Notes: generated by a model from the sequence alone, not told the origin. A DNA stretch of 63,909 nt from Octopus bimaculoides (GCF_001194135.2 NC_068994.1:43692866-43756774); one strand, 5' to 3'; positions 38,490 to 53,904 are shown, counted from the stretch's first letter. Translations and numbers: made by a program.

Positions 38490-39828
38490 TCAGGGGGGTG
38501 AAATAAACTAAATTAGACTTATTGGTCAATGAGTCATGCATTCAAATCTACAAGTGTTTCTAGACATGACATTTAATTCTACATTGTTTTAGTTCACGTA
38601 GCTGTTGAGAATAAATATATTAAGCTTATGTTAGTAAAGTTACCTTTGAGAGACTAGCATTCTGCCCAGAGAGAGAGAGAGGGAGGAAGGGAGAGAGAGA
38701 AGGAAAAAAAGAGAGGGACAAAGTGAGATAGAGAAAGAGTAATAGTAATAGAAAGCAACAGAGGCTAAGAATCAGATGTTTATCTAGACTATGGGGAGCT
38801 TCTAAGAAGAACTTTATCAACAAGTACAAAATTTCTTTTGGGACTCCCTTCTTCAAATGCTAGTTTTCAATATATACAAACATTTTCTGAGACTATAGGA
38901 AATTCCCTTGTCTGGATATGATGCACCAACAGCAGCTTTCTCTCCCTCCTCTCATAGGATTAGAAACAATGGCATAAAGCTGTTTATGGCATCCTTAAGA
39001 AGGTTTGCTTCTGTTTATATAGATTCCAAATTGGTCTAATCTCCAACTCAAAGTTGCAAGTTTCAAAACGGTGTGCATGTGGCTGTAGGGTGGAATGGGT
39101 TGGTGCAGAAGCTTTCAGAGTTTCTGTACAATTGGTAAATTACTAATTTTATTGATGAGGGTATCTTCATAGCAATATGGGCATAGATGGGTTTTCAGTT
39201 TCACCATGCAGTACCTTGGACAAACGTTATCTGTTATAAGCTCAGTTTGCCAGCCATCTTGTGAGTGGAATATGGTAAAGTGAAACAGTGTGGAAGATTG
39301 CTGAAAGGTAGAATAGAATTAAAACCCACTCCACTTTTTTTATTTTTTGGTTTAAAACCACCAACTGACTTATAAATGAATTTATCACAGAGCAATCTGA
39401 AAATAACCTTCCTTCTCAACAGTATCAGATGCCCAGGAAAGAGTAATGGACACTGCACTAATAAAGCCATAAAATAAAAAGAAAAGCTAGAGTAAGTCTG
39501 GTATATTCATTTGAGGCAGTATCCAAATTAATATTGCCATCATGTATCATATTGTTGAAAGGTATTTATCCTGAGATAACTTCTCTCATGGACGTGTTGT
39601 GTTAAAAACAAAATGAATAACAGAGGGAGACAAAAGTTCATCTCTATAGTGGCCTGTAAGAATAAATTAATTTCCATCCCTTTCCAGTATTTATTGTGTT
39701 TTTAATACAATAAATATCTCCATAAGAAATGTTATCTCAGACAAAAATAACAGATCTGGTTTAGCAATTGTATTTATACATTGAGCATGATACATAGATG
39801 GATATTGTAAGGGGAAAGTATCTTCAAC

Positions 39829-40149
39829 TGGCACTCCGTCAGTAATGATGACAAGTGATCCAGTTGATCCGATCAACAAAATGACCTGCTTGTGAAATTC
39901 ACATGCAAGTGGTTGAGCACTCCACAGAGAGACATACCCTTAACAGTTCCCAGGGAGATTCAACTTGACATAGGATGTTTCAAGGCTGGCCCTTTGAAAT
40001 ACAGGTATTATTTATTTTTGCCATTTTAGTGGACTGGTGCAATGTGAAATAAAGTGCTTTGCTTAAGGACACAATGCATCGCCAGGAATTGAACTCATGA
40101 CCTTACGATCATGAGCCGAATGCCCTTACCACTAAGCCATGCACTTCCA
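39829..40149 (-). mobile_element. CORE-like tRNA-derived SINE sharing its 3' half with the 28801/63512 family
   Basis: Head GTGCATGGCTTAGTGGTAAGG..GAGTTCAATTCC, CORE-like GTGTCCTTAAGCAAAGCACTTTATTTCAC, then the shared CCTGTATTTCAAAGGGCCAGCCTTG...GGAGTGCCA. Confidence 0.85.
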
Positions 40150-41517
40150 CTGAAAGTATTTTAGTCAGAAATATGTTATGCCTCATTACAAATTGAAAGA
40201 GATACAGAAAAGTGAGTATAAGGAAAAATTACATGAAATGCAGCACAAAGAAAATTTTGGAAATGATAAATGGAAAAAGGATAGCATTAAAAAAGGAAAA
40301 CAGCTTAATCTGACTTTGTATAAATTATTCATTGGTGGCGTAGCTGTTTGTTAAGGAAAGGCATAGCTGTGTGGTCAAGAGGTTTGATTTGCTACTATGT
40401 GGTTCCAGAATCTATTCCACTGCATAACATCTTGAACAGATGTTTGACCAATGTCTTATGAATGGAATTTGGTCAGCAAAAATAATGTAGAAGTTTGTTG
40501 TGTATGTGTATGTATGTATATATGTACGCATGTGTGTATGTATGCATGTGTTTGTGTTTGTATATGTATCGAGGTTTGTACCATCTGGAGTAGAATACTA
40601 TGTTGAGTTACAGCTCTTTAAATTAAAACAGCTTAAAAATAACTGAGCCATTTGAGGAACAGATATTGATAAATTAAGTAGCAGACTAAATTAAGCATTG
40701 GAGGTACTTCAGCTATAACAACACCTAAAATTTACCTGGTCAGGTAGAACATATCTTTGTCATTCATATAGTCAATCATTTTATACAAAGATGTGTCATA
40801 CCCAATGACTGGTATAAAAGTATTATCATTAGCTATTAGAGCAAAGAAAAAACTCTAGAACTGGCAGCTATAGCAACATCAAAATAATGGCCCAGATTAT
40901 GAAATTTTTGGGTATCTAGGAATACATTATTTAATGTGACCTTTCTTACTTTCTAAGATGGTAGTTTGTGTAACCTGGTGTGTCAAGGTATGTCTTTTTA
41001 CATCAAAAGGTAATTTATCTTAACCATTTAATAAATAGAGATCAATATGATGAACTAAATTACTTGAAATCAATGTCCCAGCACAGGCACAATTCAGTGA
41101 CTGAAACCAATAAAAATACTAAACCAAATCACTACATACATAAAGATCAATATCTGGGATTTCCTAATCTCAAATATTGTAGTATAATTTCTTCCTTAAA
41201 TATGAAAATCTTACATGGAAAGTATATTGAGTACTTGTCTGGAGAATATCTACTGTTAAATTTTGGGGTAACTTTAATGTTTCATTTGCGCAATATTTTT
41301 TCAATGTGTTATATCACACATAATGAACAAATATTGTTGGTATCGTTGGTTATGAGATTCCAACTGACCAGTCACTGGTTCACTGTATTTGTGGTAGTAC
41401 AACAAGGGAGTGTCTTTCCCTTGATATAGAGTAAATTATCTTGACAAGCTTAGTTTTCCATTTATCTTACCTTATCTGTAAACTTTACTGACACATATAT
41501 GTGTATGTGTGTGTGTG

Positions 41518-41563
<46 letters not shown>

Positions 41564-41582
41564 AACACAAACATGGATAAAC

Positions 41583-41589
<7 letters not shown>

Positions 41590-41615
<26 letters not shown>

Positions 41616-43930
41616 TATCTACACCATCACCATCATCGTCAGTTTAATAACTGCTTTTAAATGCTTTCTATGAGCGGGACAGGATTTTCTCCATCGAAGC
41701 ATCTTGCCATTCGTTTCAGTTTTTATTTTTTTAATATTCTTCATGAGGCCCAGGTTCCAGAGATCAACTTTTACATCTTCTTGTGCCTTCCTCATTCTTT
41801 CTCTTCCATGAGTTCCTTCCACTTGAATCATCTGGCACTTCTTTATCCAGCTCTCATTTTTCATATGCATCACATATCCATCAAAGTACTGTCTCCTCTC
41901 TTGTACACTTCACTTGATTTCTCTCGTACCCAACGTTTCTCTCAGCTCTGTTGTTTATGCACACTAATATAACACATCCTGTGAAACATACCAACCATAT
42001 TTATTTCCAGTGATCACACATCGTCTGTATTCAATACAAATGTTTTGCTGCCATGAAACATTGCCCGATGTATGGAGCATCAAACCCTTGACAGGAAAAA
42101 GAACTCCTTTATTGCCAGCAGAGGTAATAGCTCCTTAAACTTTCCTCATCTGCACTACATTTTTATTCTTGCTACTATTCTTTTATGATACTTATTTCCA
42201 CTTCTAATGTGGTCACTTAGTTGACAGAAGCTATCAACTATTTCTGGAGTTTCTGAGCATTTGTAGAAATTCATTTCATAGCTGCTCTTACTGCTAACTA
42301 CTACTGTTTTCTTACTGACCATCAGATTACAGAGTATCATACTCAGTTAAAGGCCTTTTCCAGGTCAATGAATTACTCTGTCTTAGTACAAACTCAAACT
42401 GCACCTCATCTGGGCTAATTCTCTTCTTATCTTGTATTATAACTCTCACTGTTGCTTTCATAATCTGGACCCCCAGTTTGATGTCACTTTTGCTGCTTGC
42501 CCTAGAGCTTCTTCATTGCTACACCAACCATTAGGTAACATGTTTTTGTATAATCTGATTGACTATATTGGTGACAAAGTTATATCTTACTGCACCTGAT
42601 CAATTTAGCATCTCATTAACTATCTCTGATTGTCCAACTACTTTCTCTTTGTTTTTATATGCTTAAACACACTTTCAACCATATATCTGGTAACTTCAGT
42701 ACCTCATCCCTCTGTTGAGTTTACATAGCATTGTCTCACTCACTCATTAATTAACCTCTTATTTTTTCTCATTAATTAACCTCTTACTGTAACATTTCTA
42801 TGCTTCGTTCTTTCTTTCTTTTTTTTTTTTGGTATCAATGAAGACAGTTGAGCTCCTATCATTTCCATACACACCTTTCTTCTGCAATATTTTGATTCAC
42901 ATTGATACACTGCTTTGCAATCTAGAAGGTGCTTTGTAATCCAAAACACTCCACGTCTCTGATCCACAGGTCAAAGAACATTGTCAAACCTCAAACTTTC
43001 AGCTTCTCTCTTTGTTAAATATATTTGATGCCAAGTTTCTCATCTAGTTTCCCGAGAGAGAGTTCTTTGTCTTACCCATTTTTTCTAATCTTTTCAGGCC
43101 TGCCTTTTAGCTTTTAGGGTCCTATTTACTGTACCATTCTATCACCATGTAATCACATTCTGTCAAACTGGAGACTTACTACATATACAGATCTATTCTG
43201 TAACTTGCAACTGGTTATCTCATAGACTCAATCTTACCACGGCCATCTTTATGCGTTAATTAGTGCTTCATTGAGCCTAAATATTTGCTGATACACTTTT
43301 CAGCTTCTACGCTTTTTGTCTCTAGCTTATTTTGCATCTCTGAGGTCATCTAGCTCTTATCATGAGATCACTGATCACTAGCCTATATCAAGCAGTATAT
43401 CCTCATTTGGGAAATATTTAGTATTAATATCCAGTTGTCTGTTGTATATCGTGGTGTATGTGAAGTCTGTCTGGCTTGCATGTTCACTTCTTTGCTTACT
43501 GACCAGAAGGCTGGCTAGATTACAGAAGTTATTGTTGCAACTGGCTGGGTCATTCATCATAGCTCATCCATAGCTTTCACCCATGACAGAGTAGCCACTA
43601 TGGTGTCGACCATCATAGGTATTAAAATCATCAGTCATGGAAACAAGATTGTTGTCGTTCATTATCATGTTAATCTGAAAAATAGTCTTATAGAGATGGT
43701 CCATTTTATTCATCTGCCAACCTTGATTGTGATATACTTACAGAGAACACTGTTGTTGTCTTGCACCTTATTGTGAGTCTAAGCGTCAATCACATACTTC
43801 AACTACCTCAATTACTTTATCTATCCATTTCTCAGCAAGCGGTATGCCTGTTCCATCCACTCCAGTGCTGTTATCCACTTTGATAAATGTGTCCCTGTGT
43901 TCCTGATACGGCTGGTGTCTGGATGAGGTT
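41590..43930 (-). mobile_element. Decayed RTE-clade LINE with endonuclease, an internally deleted RT and a (GAT)n tail
   Basis: APE motifs GVDGTGIPLAEKWID, MTDDFN and ASQTDF; pre-RT KVVGQSEIVNEML and DIKLGVQIMKAT; post-RT EIVDSFCQLSDHI..VARI; RTE C-terminus WIKKCQMIQVEGTHGR. Many stops and frameshifts. Confidence 0.8.
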
Positions 43931-45468
43931 TACCTCAGTAGACATATATACAGAACACATCTGATTCACACCATTTAAAAAATCTTTTTAATCTCTCCAT
44001 ACTTGACATTTTATCATGTCAAGGATGTATATGTGGGGTATGATAAGCTTCCATGCAGTTTCCATCTGCCAAATTCCATTCACAGGGTTATAGTAAACCT
44101 GAGACTGTAGTAGGTACCACTCGCTCAAAGTGTGTGTGTGTGCATGTGTGTGTGTGTTAAGATGGACTTCCACACAGTGTCTGTCTGTCTGTCAAATTCC
44201 ATTCATAAGGCATTGGTCAAATTGAGACAATGATAAAAATCAATGGCCCAAGATGCTAAATAGTGAGATCAAACCTAAAACTATGTAGTCGCAAAGTGAA
44301 TGTCTGAACCACACAATCATTCCTGTGCCTATCACTAAAAATAAAAAGTTGTATTTTAAATGGAACTTGCTCTTTGCATATCAAACAGACCTAATTACTC
44401 GGCTCCATTCACGATAAACCATATTCATTTATTACAAATGTTTTCTCTTTTATATAACATCATAACTGAACAGTTGAGATGGTTGATACCTCTCACTTGG
44501 AAACTGCTTTTTCATATTCAGGCATCAAAAAAACAAAAAAATGTTTTGCCACTCTAAGAAAAATGCAACAAACATTATTCCCAGCAATGTGATAGAAGGT
44601 AATCTAAAGATGCAATCTTTGGTGATGTAACAGTGTTAATAGAACATTACGATTCTTAAACATACCTTTGAACAAGACACAACGAGAGAGAGAGGGGAGT
44701 GGGGGGGGGAGTGGAAAATATTTGTCACCCATAAAGGAAGCATTCTCTGCAACTTCCCACATCCACCTGTATTAAACTATTGCTATAAGGATACATTAAA
44801 TGTTTAAATGTCTAAGATGTGTTTATTGTTAATATAGTTATAATGTTTTTTGACTATCAATTTCATTTTTAAAGATGAAACATTTAAAAAAAAAATAATT
44901 TGCTCTTGTCATAAGACAGTTACAGAGTGTTACATTTTAAGTTCAAATCTTACTGGGGTTTACTTCGTTATTTATCCTAAATGACATACCAGTCGAGTCA
45001 TGTCGGTGGTGCAACAGACTATTTGCCTTTCCAACAAATTTGAAACTTTGTCCTTATGTTACAAACATATATTTACATCTAGACTGTGTCTTAGTTGGAT
45101 GTGGACATGATTCTTTCATTATGTAAAAATCTAAGCAGGCATTTGAAAATGATTGGAGATTAAAACCATTTGAGACTTAGTGTAGATGTGTAGATGTTAA
45201 CACTGAATAATTATAATCATAATAACATATACAGATATGCATACATAAGTGCAAATATTAAATATGCATGTGCGTGTGTGTGTTTGTGTGTGTGTGTGGA
45301 TCAAAACAGATTGATTCAAATTTCTTCGTACTTTGAGTTTCAAAGTGTGATGCTAATCCTCAGCCACAGGAAATTTGGCTCAAACTATTTTGATCCATAT
45401 ATGTAACTCTTGATAAATGTGCTGAGTGCCCTTCTTTTGTTTGTCCACTCAACTATGCTGATGCCTCA

Positions 45469-45527
<59 letters not shown>

Positions 45528-45707
45528 ATTCATATCTAGATTTATTAATATTTATTTTTTGCCAAATTATATATAGAAACAATTTTATATTAAACATAAG
45601 GATTACTCAATAGTCTTACACACACACACATACACATATACACACACATGCACACACACACTCATCATAGTGCTCATGGATATAATTATGGGTAAATATA
45701 AATATTT

Positions 45708-45900
45708 GGAGGTGTGTGGCTATTTGCTAGAGTATTGAACTCATGATCATACATTTATGGTTTCAATTCCTGGACTGGGCAACACATTGTGATCTTGAGC
45801 AAAATACTTCATTCCATATTGCCCCCAGTCCACTCAACTGGTAAAAATGAGAAATTCTGTGATGGACTGGCATCCTACCCCAGGGGAAATATACCTGCCA
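45708..45900 (+). mobile_element. CORE-like SINE
   Basis: tRNA-like head (GGTTTCAATTCC) plus TGATCTTGAGCAAAATACTTCATTCCATATTGCCCCCAGTCCACTCAACTGG. Confidence 0.7.
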
Positions 45901-46379
45901 TGAAAGTGTGAGACTGATCTTACGAGCCTTCAATAGAATTTTCAAATACATATATGCTTCTGCATGATTCATTATGAAATACTTAGATATGTCCACATCT
46001 TAAAACTCCAACTCTTTATGTACATATTCATACATATATAAATTTTTCAGTAAGTGCATGTGAAAATATGGGTCTCTTTCTATATGTGTCCATAGATGCC
46101 TCTGCATGCATTCTTATAAATACGCACAAACACACTTGTGTTTATGAATACAGAAGTAATCTCAAACAACAGAGAAAGGTAAGAAATGTAATCATATTCA
46201 CAAGCTTAAGACCAAACAAACTTTATCATGCTAGATTGTTTCAAAAGGTAAATATATATTCATACACATTCTTATAAATACATATACATGCACACACACA
46301 CACACAACCGTATAAGTATGTATATACATATATACACACACATACTTCTACTTATAATTTTAAAGATGTATAGCTATCT

Positions 46380-47360
<981 letters not shown>

Positions 47361-48508
47361 NNNNNNNNNNNNNNNNNNNNNNNNNNNNNNNNNNNNNNNN
47401 NNNNNNNNNNNNNNNNNNNNNNNNNNNNNNNNNNNNNNNNNNNNNNNNNNNNNNNNNNNNNNNNNNNNNNNNNNNNNNNNNNNNNNNNNNNNNNNNNNNN
47501 NNNNNNNNNNNNNNNNNNNNNNNNNNNNNNNNNNNNNNNNNNNNNNNNNNNNNNNNNNNNNNNNNNNNNNNNNNNNNNNNNNNNNNNNNNNNNNNNNNNN
47601 NNNNNNNNNNNNNNNNNNNNNNNNNNNNNNNNNNNNNNNNNNNNNNNNNNNNNNNNNNNNNNNNNNNNNNNNNNNNNNNNNNNNNNNNNNNNNNNNNNNN
47701 NNNNNNNNNNNNNNNNNNNNNNNNNNNNNNNNNNNNNNNNNNNNNNNNNNNNNNNNNNNNNNNNNNNNNNNNNNNNNNNNNNNNNNNNNNNNNNNNNNNN
47801 NNNNNNNNNNNNNNNNNNNNNNNNNNNNNNNNNNNNNNNNNNNNNNNNNNNNNNNNNNNNNNNNNNNNNNNNNNNNNNNNNNNNNNNNNNNNNNNNNNNN
47901 NNNNNNNNNNNNNNNNNNNNNNNNNNNNNNNNNNNNNNNNNNNNNNNNNNNNNNNNNNNNNNNNNNNNNNNNNNNNNNNNNNNNNNNNNNNNNNNNNNNN
48001 NNNNNNNNNNNNNNNNNNNNNNNNNNNNNNNNNNNNNNNNNNNNNNNNNNNNNNNNNNNNNNNNNNNNNNNNNNNNNNNNNNNNNNNNNNNNNNNNNNNN
48101 NNNNNNNNNNNNNNNNNNNNNNNNNNNNNNNNNNNNNNNNNNNNNNNNNNNNNNNNNNNNNNNNNNNNNNNNNNNNNNNNNNNNNNNNNNNNNNNNNNNN
48201 NNNNNNNNNNNNNNNNNNNNNNNNNNNNNNNNNNNNNNNNNNNNNNNNNNNNNATATATATATATATATATATATACGTCAGGCTTCTTTCAGTTTCCAT
48301 CTGCCAAATCCACTCATAAGGCTTTGCTTGGCATGAGGCTACTGTACAGTAGAAGACACTTGCTGAATGTGCCACACAGTGGGACTGAACCCAGAACCAT
48401 GTATACATATATGCTATGTGTGTGTGTGTGTGTGTTTGTGTTTGTGTGNNNNNNNNNNGAACCCAGAACCATGTATACATATATGCTATGTGTGTGTGTG
48501 TGTGTGTT

Positions 48509-48553
<45 letters not shown>

Positions 48554-49528
48554 ATAGACTATATATATATGGGTACATTTATATATCTATATGCATATAT
48601 ATATACATATATATATATAAAAAGTGAAAAATGCATATATATATATATATATGTATAATTATATATAGCTATATATAAATATATATGTATATATGTATAT
48701 CTGTACGTGTGTGTATATGATATCTAAGTTGATTTACAAATACATATAGTTTGCTATAGATTTATATTCATTATTATGTTTATACTCACACACACCCATG
48801 CACACTCACACATACACATGCATGCACGCTTATACACACAGTCACACACAAATAGACATATATACCTACACACCTGATATATGACATGTACGATATGTAA
48901 TGAAAATATCAATACAAAATATACAAAAACTGCCTGAATAAGAAAACAAAATTAAAAGACAATTCTCAACTTAGTTTTGTACTGCTGATAAGAATATTTT
49001 ACTTAATTAAATTTTCATAAAGTTTGATGTGAATAATTATGAGGAATTACAATGAATTAATATATCGGCTACAATGCAATTGACAAATATTTCTAATTAA
49101 CTTCAAATAATAATGTTAATCGTCAATGACTAGTTATTCTATCTGGTATACACACACATAGCTTCGATGAGCATACCCTCCACACATACATGTATAGATA
49201 TAGAGTATGTATTTACATATATTACATACAACTATACAATATATAATATGTGTATATAAATTTCATGTATATGTTCTACACACACACACACACATGTATA
49301 TGTATATATCCATACATATAATTTTCTACTAGCCTCAGCTCATGACCTGTGGTCATACTGGGGCACCACAAGTTTAGGACGTTTAATGCAGATGATATAT
49401 ATATATCTGTATATATATATATGTGTGTATATGTATATATATATAAGTATATATAGAGAGAGAGGGTGAGAGAGAAAGGGAGAGAGAGAGAGAGAGGGAG
49501 AGAGAGATACATATATTTCCTATACATA

Positions 49529-49573
<45 letters not shown>

Positions 49574-50347
49574 CTTTTCTTTACACTCCTCTTCATTTTC
49601 AATTATATATATACATACATTAATATATATATATTTGCATATATGTATATGTATGTGTATATATATATATTATATATATATATGTATGTATATATATGTA
49701 TATGTATATGAGAATGCATATATATATCTATTTATATTTACCCATATATTTATAAACACACATACATATATGCATACATGCATAAATACACACATATACA
49801 TACATACATACATACAATCATACATACATATATTCATTCATTCATTCATTCATTCATTCATTCATTCATTCATTCATAAACACGTAAGAAAAGTATTCAT
49901 TTAGGCTAAACATTAACAAAGTATACAAAGTTGAAAAATTTGTAAAAAAAAAAAAAAAAAACTCATCAAACTTAATTGAAACAGAAATATATATATGTCC
50001 AGTTTGTCCAAATTCTATAGAAAAATATTGAACGCCAAGTTTTGCCTTTCTATTTTCTTTGTATTTTTACTGATAGCTTCCAGAGGCATATACTTGATTG
50101 ATTTTTTTCTCCCACTTCTCTACAGATATATTTTTCTTAGCATGTTGAAATTTGGAGAAAAAAAAAGGAGAAGAAAATATGAAAAAAAAAAAANNNNNNN
50201 NNNNNNNNNNNNNNNNNNNNNNNNNNNNNNNNNNNNNNNNNNNNNNNNNNNNNNNNNNNNNNNNNNNNNNNNNNNNNNNNNNNNNNNNNNNNNNNNNNNN
50301 NNNNNNNNNNNNNNNNNNNNNNNNNNNNNNNNNNNNNNNNNNNNNNN

Positions 50348-50392
<45 letters not shown>

Positions 50393-50472
50393 TAAAAAGT
50401 ACTTAACAAGTATGCTACATCCATGTTTTTCGCTCAATAAACACTTTAACAGCTCTGGGCCATAGCACTTAC

Positions 50473-50615
50473 ATGGAATGAGAAGGAAAAATTCCCCAAA
50501 AAACAACGACCACAAAACAAGGTAGACTAGATAGATAGGTAGTTGGACTTGCGACAGGCTTAAAATTGAAGCGAGCAAGGCACAACAGTATTAACATGCG
50601 TGAGAGCTGCTGAAA
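50473..50615 (-). other. Candidate non-coding leader exon
   Basis: Unique, CpG-containing segment bounded by TTTTGCTTCCTAAAACAG| (or TTTCAG|) and the consensus donor CAT|GTAAGT at 50472. Confidence 0.3.
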
Positions 50616-52049
50616 CTGTTTTAGGAAGCAAAATATACCCTTATAGCTATACATGCCTTAAAGCAGGATAAAAAAGTATAGGCAAAATTTCCTGAGAATA
50701 TATGACAGTAATTTGTTATTAACCCTTTCATTTCAGGAGAAAATTGTGTAAAATAACTTAAGGCACTTTTTTATAGTTGTTTTCTGTTGTTTCAATTTGT
50801 TTGTTGTTTGTTCTTGTAATTATAATTTTTTATTTTCTTTTACACAATTCTAGTTTCTTTTAAATAGTTTACATAAGAAAATAGTATTTAATTTTGAATA
50901 CATACCTTGGTAATTTTTTACTGTGTTTTTACTTTAAAAGAATTTCAGTACACATCTTGAAACTGTCTTTCTATACCTTCAGTGATCTTTGTAGTAAAGT
51001 GCCAAACTATTAAAAGAAAAAAACAGCTTCCTTGAATAGCTGTATCTGTAATCCATGTCTCCCAGTGAAGTCTGCTCTAACTACTGCTACAGCATCATGT
51101 TATATTGATAGATATATCTGAAGTGTGAGTAAGTGCAACCGTTGATAAATATCTGTGGTCTATATAAGTACTAGCATTTGTCTATGTGTCTGTGTGTCTG
51201 TAAGCGCACATGTGCCGGTGTGTAAATGTGTAGTATGTGTACATGAATGTGCTTTCGTGTTCGTGTGTATGAGTGCGTGTAAGCACCTGTGAGCTAGTGT
51301 GTATATGTCTGCCTGCCTGCCTGCCTGCCTGTCATCTGTGCATGTCTCTATACTAGCTCAATCGTCATGTATATGTGCCTGTGTGTCTGTGTGTATGTTT
51401 TCTATGTGTGCATGTGTGAATAGAGTGAGAATATTGACTCCAGCATGAGTTTGGTCAGCAAGGAATCAGAAAAATCTTTTCAGTTCTTTTAGTAAAGCAA
51501 TTCAATACATATACTTCCATAAATACATACACGCATAAGCGTTACAGACAAAAGCTGTTCAATGGGTACATACACATACATACTTATTATACGTGGAAAG
51601 AATTCAATAACATCTGTGCCAAACTTCATTATTTCACTAAAGATGAATGGTATTTTTCAAGAAATTCTTCTTTAAACTCACTTTCTTTCCTAAAAGTTGT
51701 CTTAGCTCTCAGGTGGTGGTAGTTGCAGAGTTAGAGTTGGTGATGGTGGTGACGTTAGAGGAGGTTCAGATGTATTTCCTGATAAAAATTTATATCTTCC
51801 AATAATTTAAAAATTTACTTCGAATAAAGAAATTTTGATTTAATGAATAAAGACTGCAAAATGAGAAAATTAGACCCTGACAAGTTATATCAAAGTAAAT
51901 TTTCCAGGCACTTATCATTCAATCTAGACAATTTCCAATGGGAGAAGAGGCATCTGATATTGTCACTTATAAAATACAGAAAATTAATGAAAACATGTTG
52001 TTGTTGGAATCTTTTCTTTTTTTTTTTCTGAAAAAGTATATATTTTTTT

Positions 52050-52343
52050 ATTTCATTATTTTATCATCATTATCAATATGATAATCACAATTGTTATAGA
52101 TATTATTTCCAAAATTATTCCTATTCCCACTATTATTATATTCACATATTATCCTTGCTATTATTTTAATAACAATAATAACAATAAAAAGAATAACAAC
52201 AACAACAATAACAATTATTTATTATTATTATTATTGTTGTTGTTGTTGTTATTATTATGGTGATGATGAAAATGATGATGTCGATGATGATGATGATGAT
52301 CATCATCATCATTATATTTATTATTATTATTATTATTATTATC

Positions 52344-52400
<57 letters not shown>

Positions 52401-52529
52401 ATTTTATATAACTATTCCACCACCACAATATGCACATATAGATTATAACTTGTCTTTGTAATATTCCCTTCATCCAGTGCCCCTTGTGGCAAATAAAAGA
52501 AATCATCATAATCGTTATTATATATATTG

Positions 52530-52564
<35 letters not shown>

Positions 52565-53830
52565 GGAGAATGATAATAATAATAATAATATATTATTATT
52601 ATTATTATTGCTGTTGTTGCTGTTGTATATACTNNNNNNNNNNNNNNNNNNNNNNNNNNNNNNNNNNNNNNNNNNNNNNNNNNNNNNNNNNNNNNNNNNN
52701 NNNNNNNNNNNNNNNNNNNNNNNNNNNNNNNNNNNNNNNNNNNNNNNNNNNNNNNNNNCACCACTACCACCACCACCACCACTACCACCACCACACACCC
52801 ACTTCTTGAATCTTATTCTAATTCTCTCCAGCACCATTATTACAAACATTAGGCATAACCTGCTACCCTCAACCCCTATGCCATTACCTACTCTTACAAC
52901 CACCCTAACACTACCACCACCAACAACAACAACAACAGCACCACAATATACTGAAATATAATCAAGACAGCTATCCTTCTGCCATGCCTGCTCCCACCAA
53001 CACCTTCAAATTATATCAATGTTCACTTTAACACTGTCATCATCATCATTATCATCATTATCATCATCTTCATCATCATCATCATCATCATTATCATCAT
53101 TATTAGTAGAGGCAGCAGCGGCAGCAGCAGCAGCATCGCCACCAATTACACCGACAACAACATCAACATCAACATCAGCATCAGCATCAGCATCAGCAAT
53201 ATTACACCATCTCCACTATGTCGCTATGCTATAATCATCCTACATAATAAATAATATAACTACATCGTACGTATTAGAATCAGGAGTAATTTAGACAACT
53301 GGCATCAACACCATCACCACCACTGCCACGTACACCAACATAACCACCACCACCATCACAACCCACTATCATCACCACTACCACTATCACAATGGCCACC
53401 ACCACTGCCACCATCACAACTACCACCATCACCATCACCCCATCATAAGCACCATCATCACCACCACTACCATCAGAAGCACCACTATCACCAACACCAT
53501 CACCATCACAAGCACCATCACCACCACCACTACCATCATAAGCACAATCACTATCATTACCATCACATGTATCGCAAACCCTATCTCCCTCATCACCAAG
53601 ATCACTAGATCATGACCATGACTACCATGACCACCACCACTGCAAGTGCTAACTTCACCCTAGCTACCATTATTACTTCCACAATTTCTGCAGCCCCTCT
53701 GTTGCACTCACCTCTAACTATTGCTATCAATATATTTTTTACCCACTGGCAATGTCTGCCTGTTATTAAAACTGTCACAATTATCTCACAACCATTAACC
53801 CTGTCTTTGCTACCACCACCACCCTGTATG
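52050..53830. repeat. Compound trinucleotide field (ATT, AAT, CAT, CAC)
   Basis: Directly visible; includes a gap at 52634-52758. Confidence 0.9.
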
Positions 53831-53904
53831 TAGTGGTGGCCACGTGGATTGAGTTATGGTGTGGGTAGTGGAGATAATAGCGATTTCTAGCATAGGTTGT
53901 GATT

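Noticed and set aside
48387-48520. Exact duplication of about 60 bp either side of a 10-N gap
   Set aside because: Typical contig-overlap assembly artefact.
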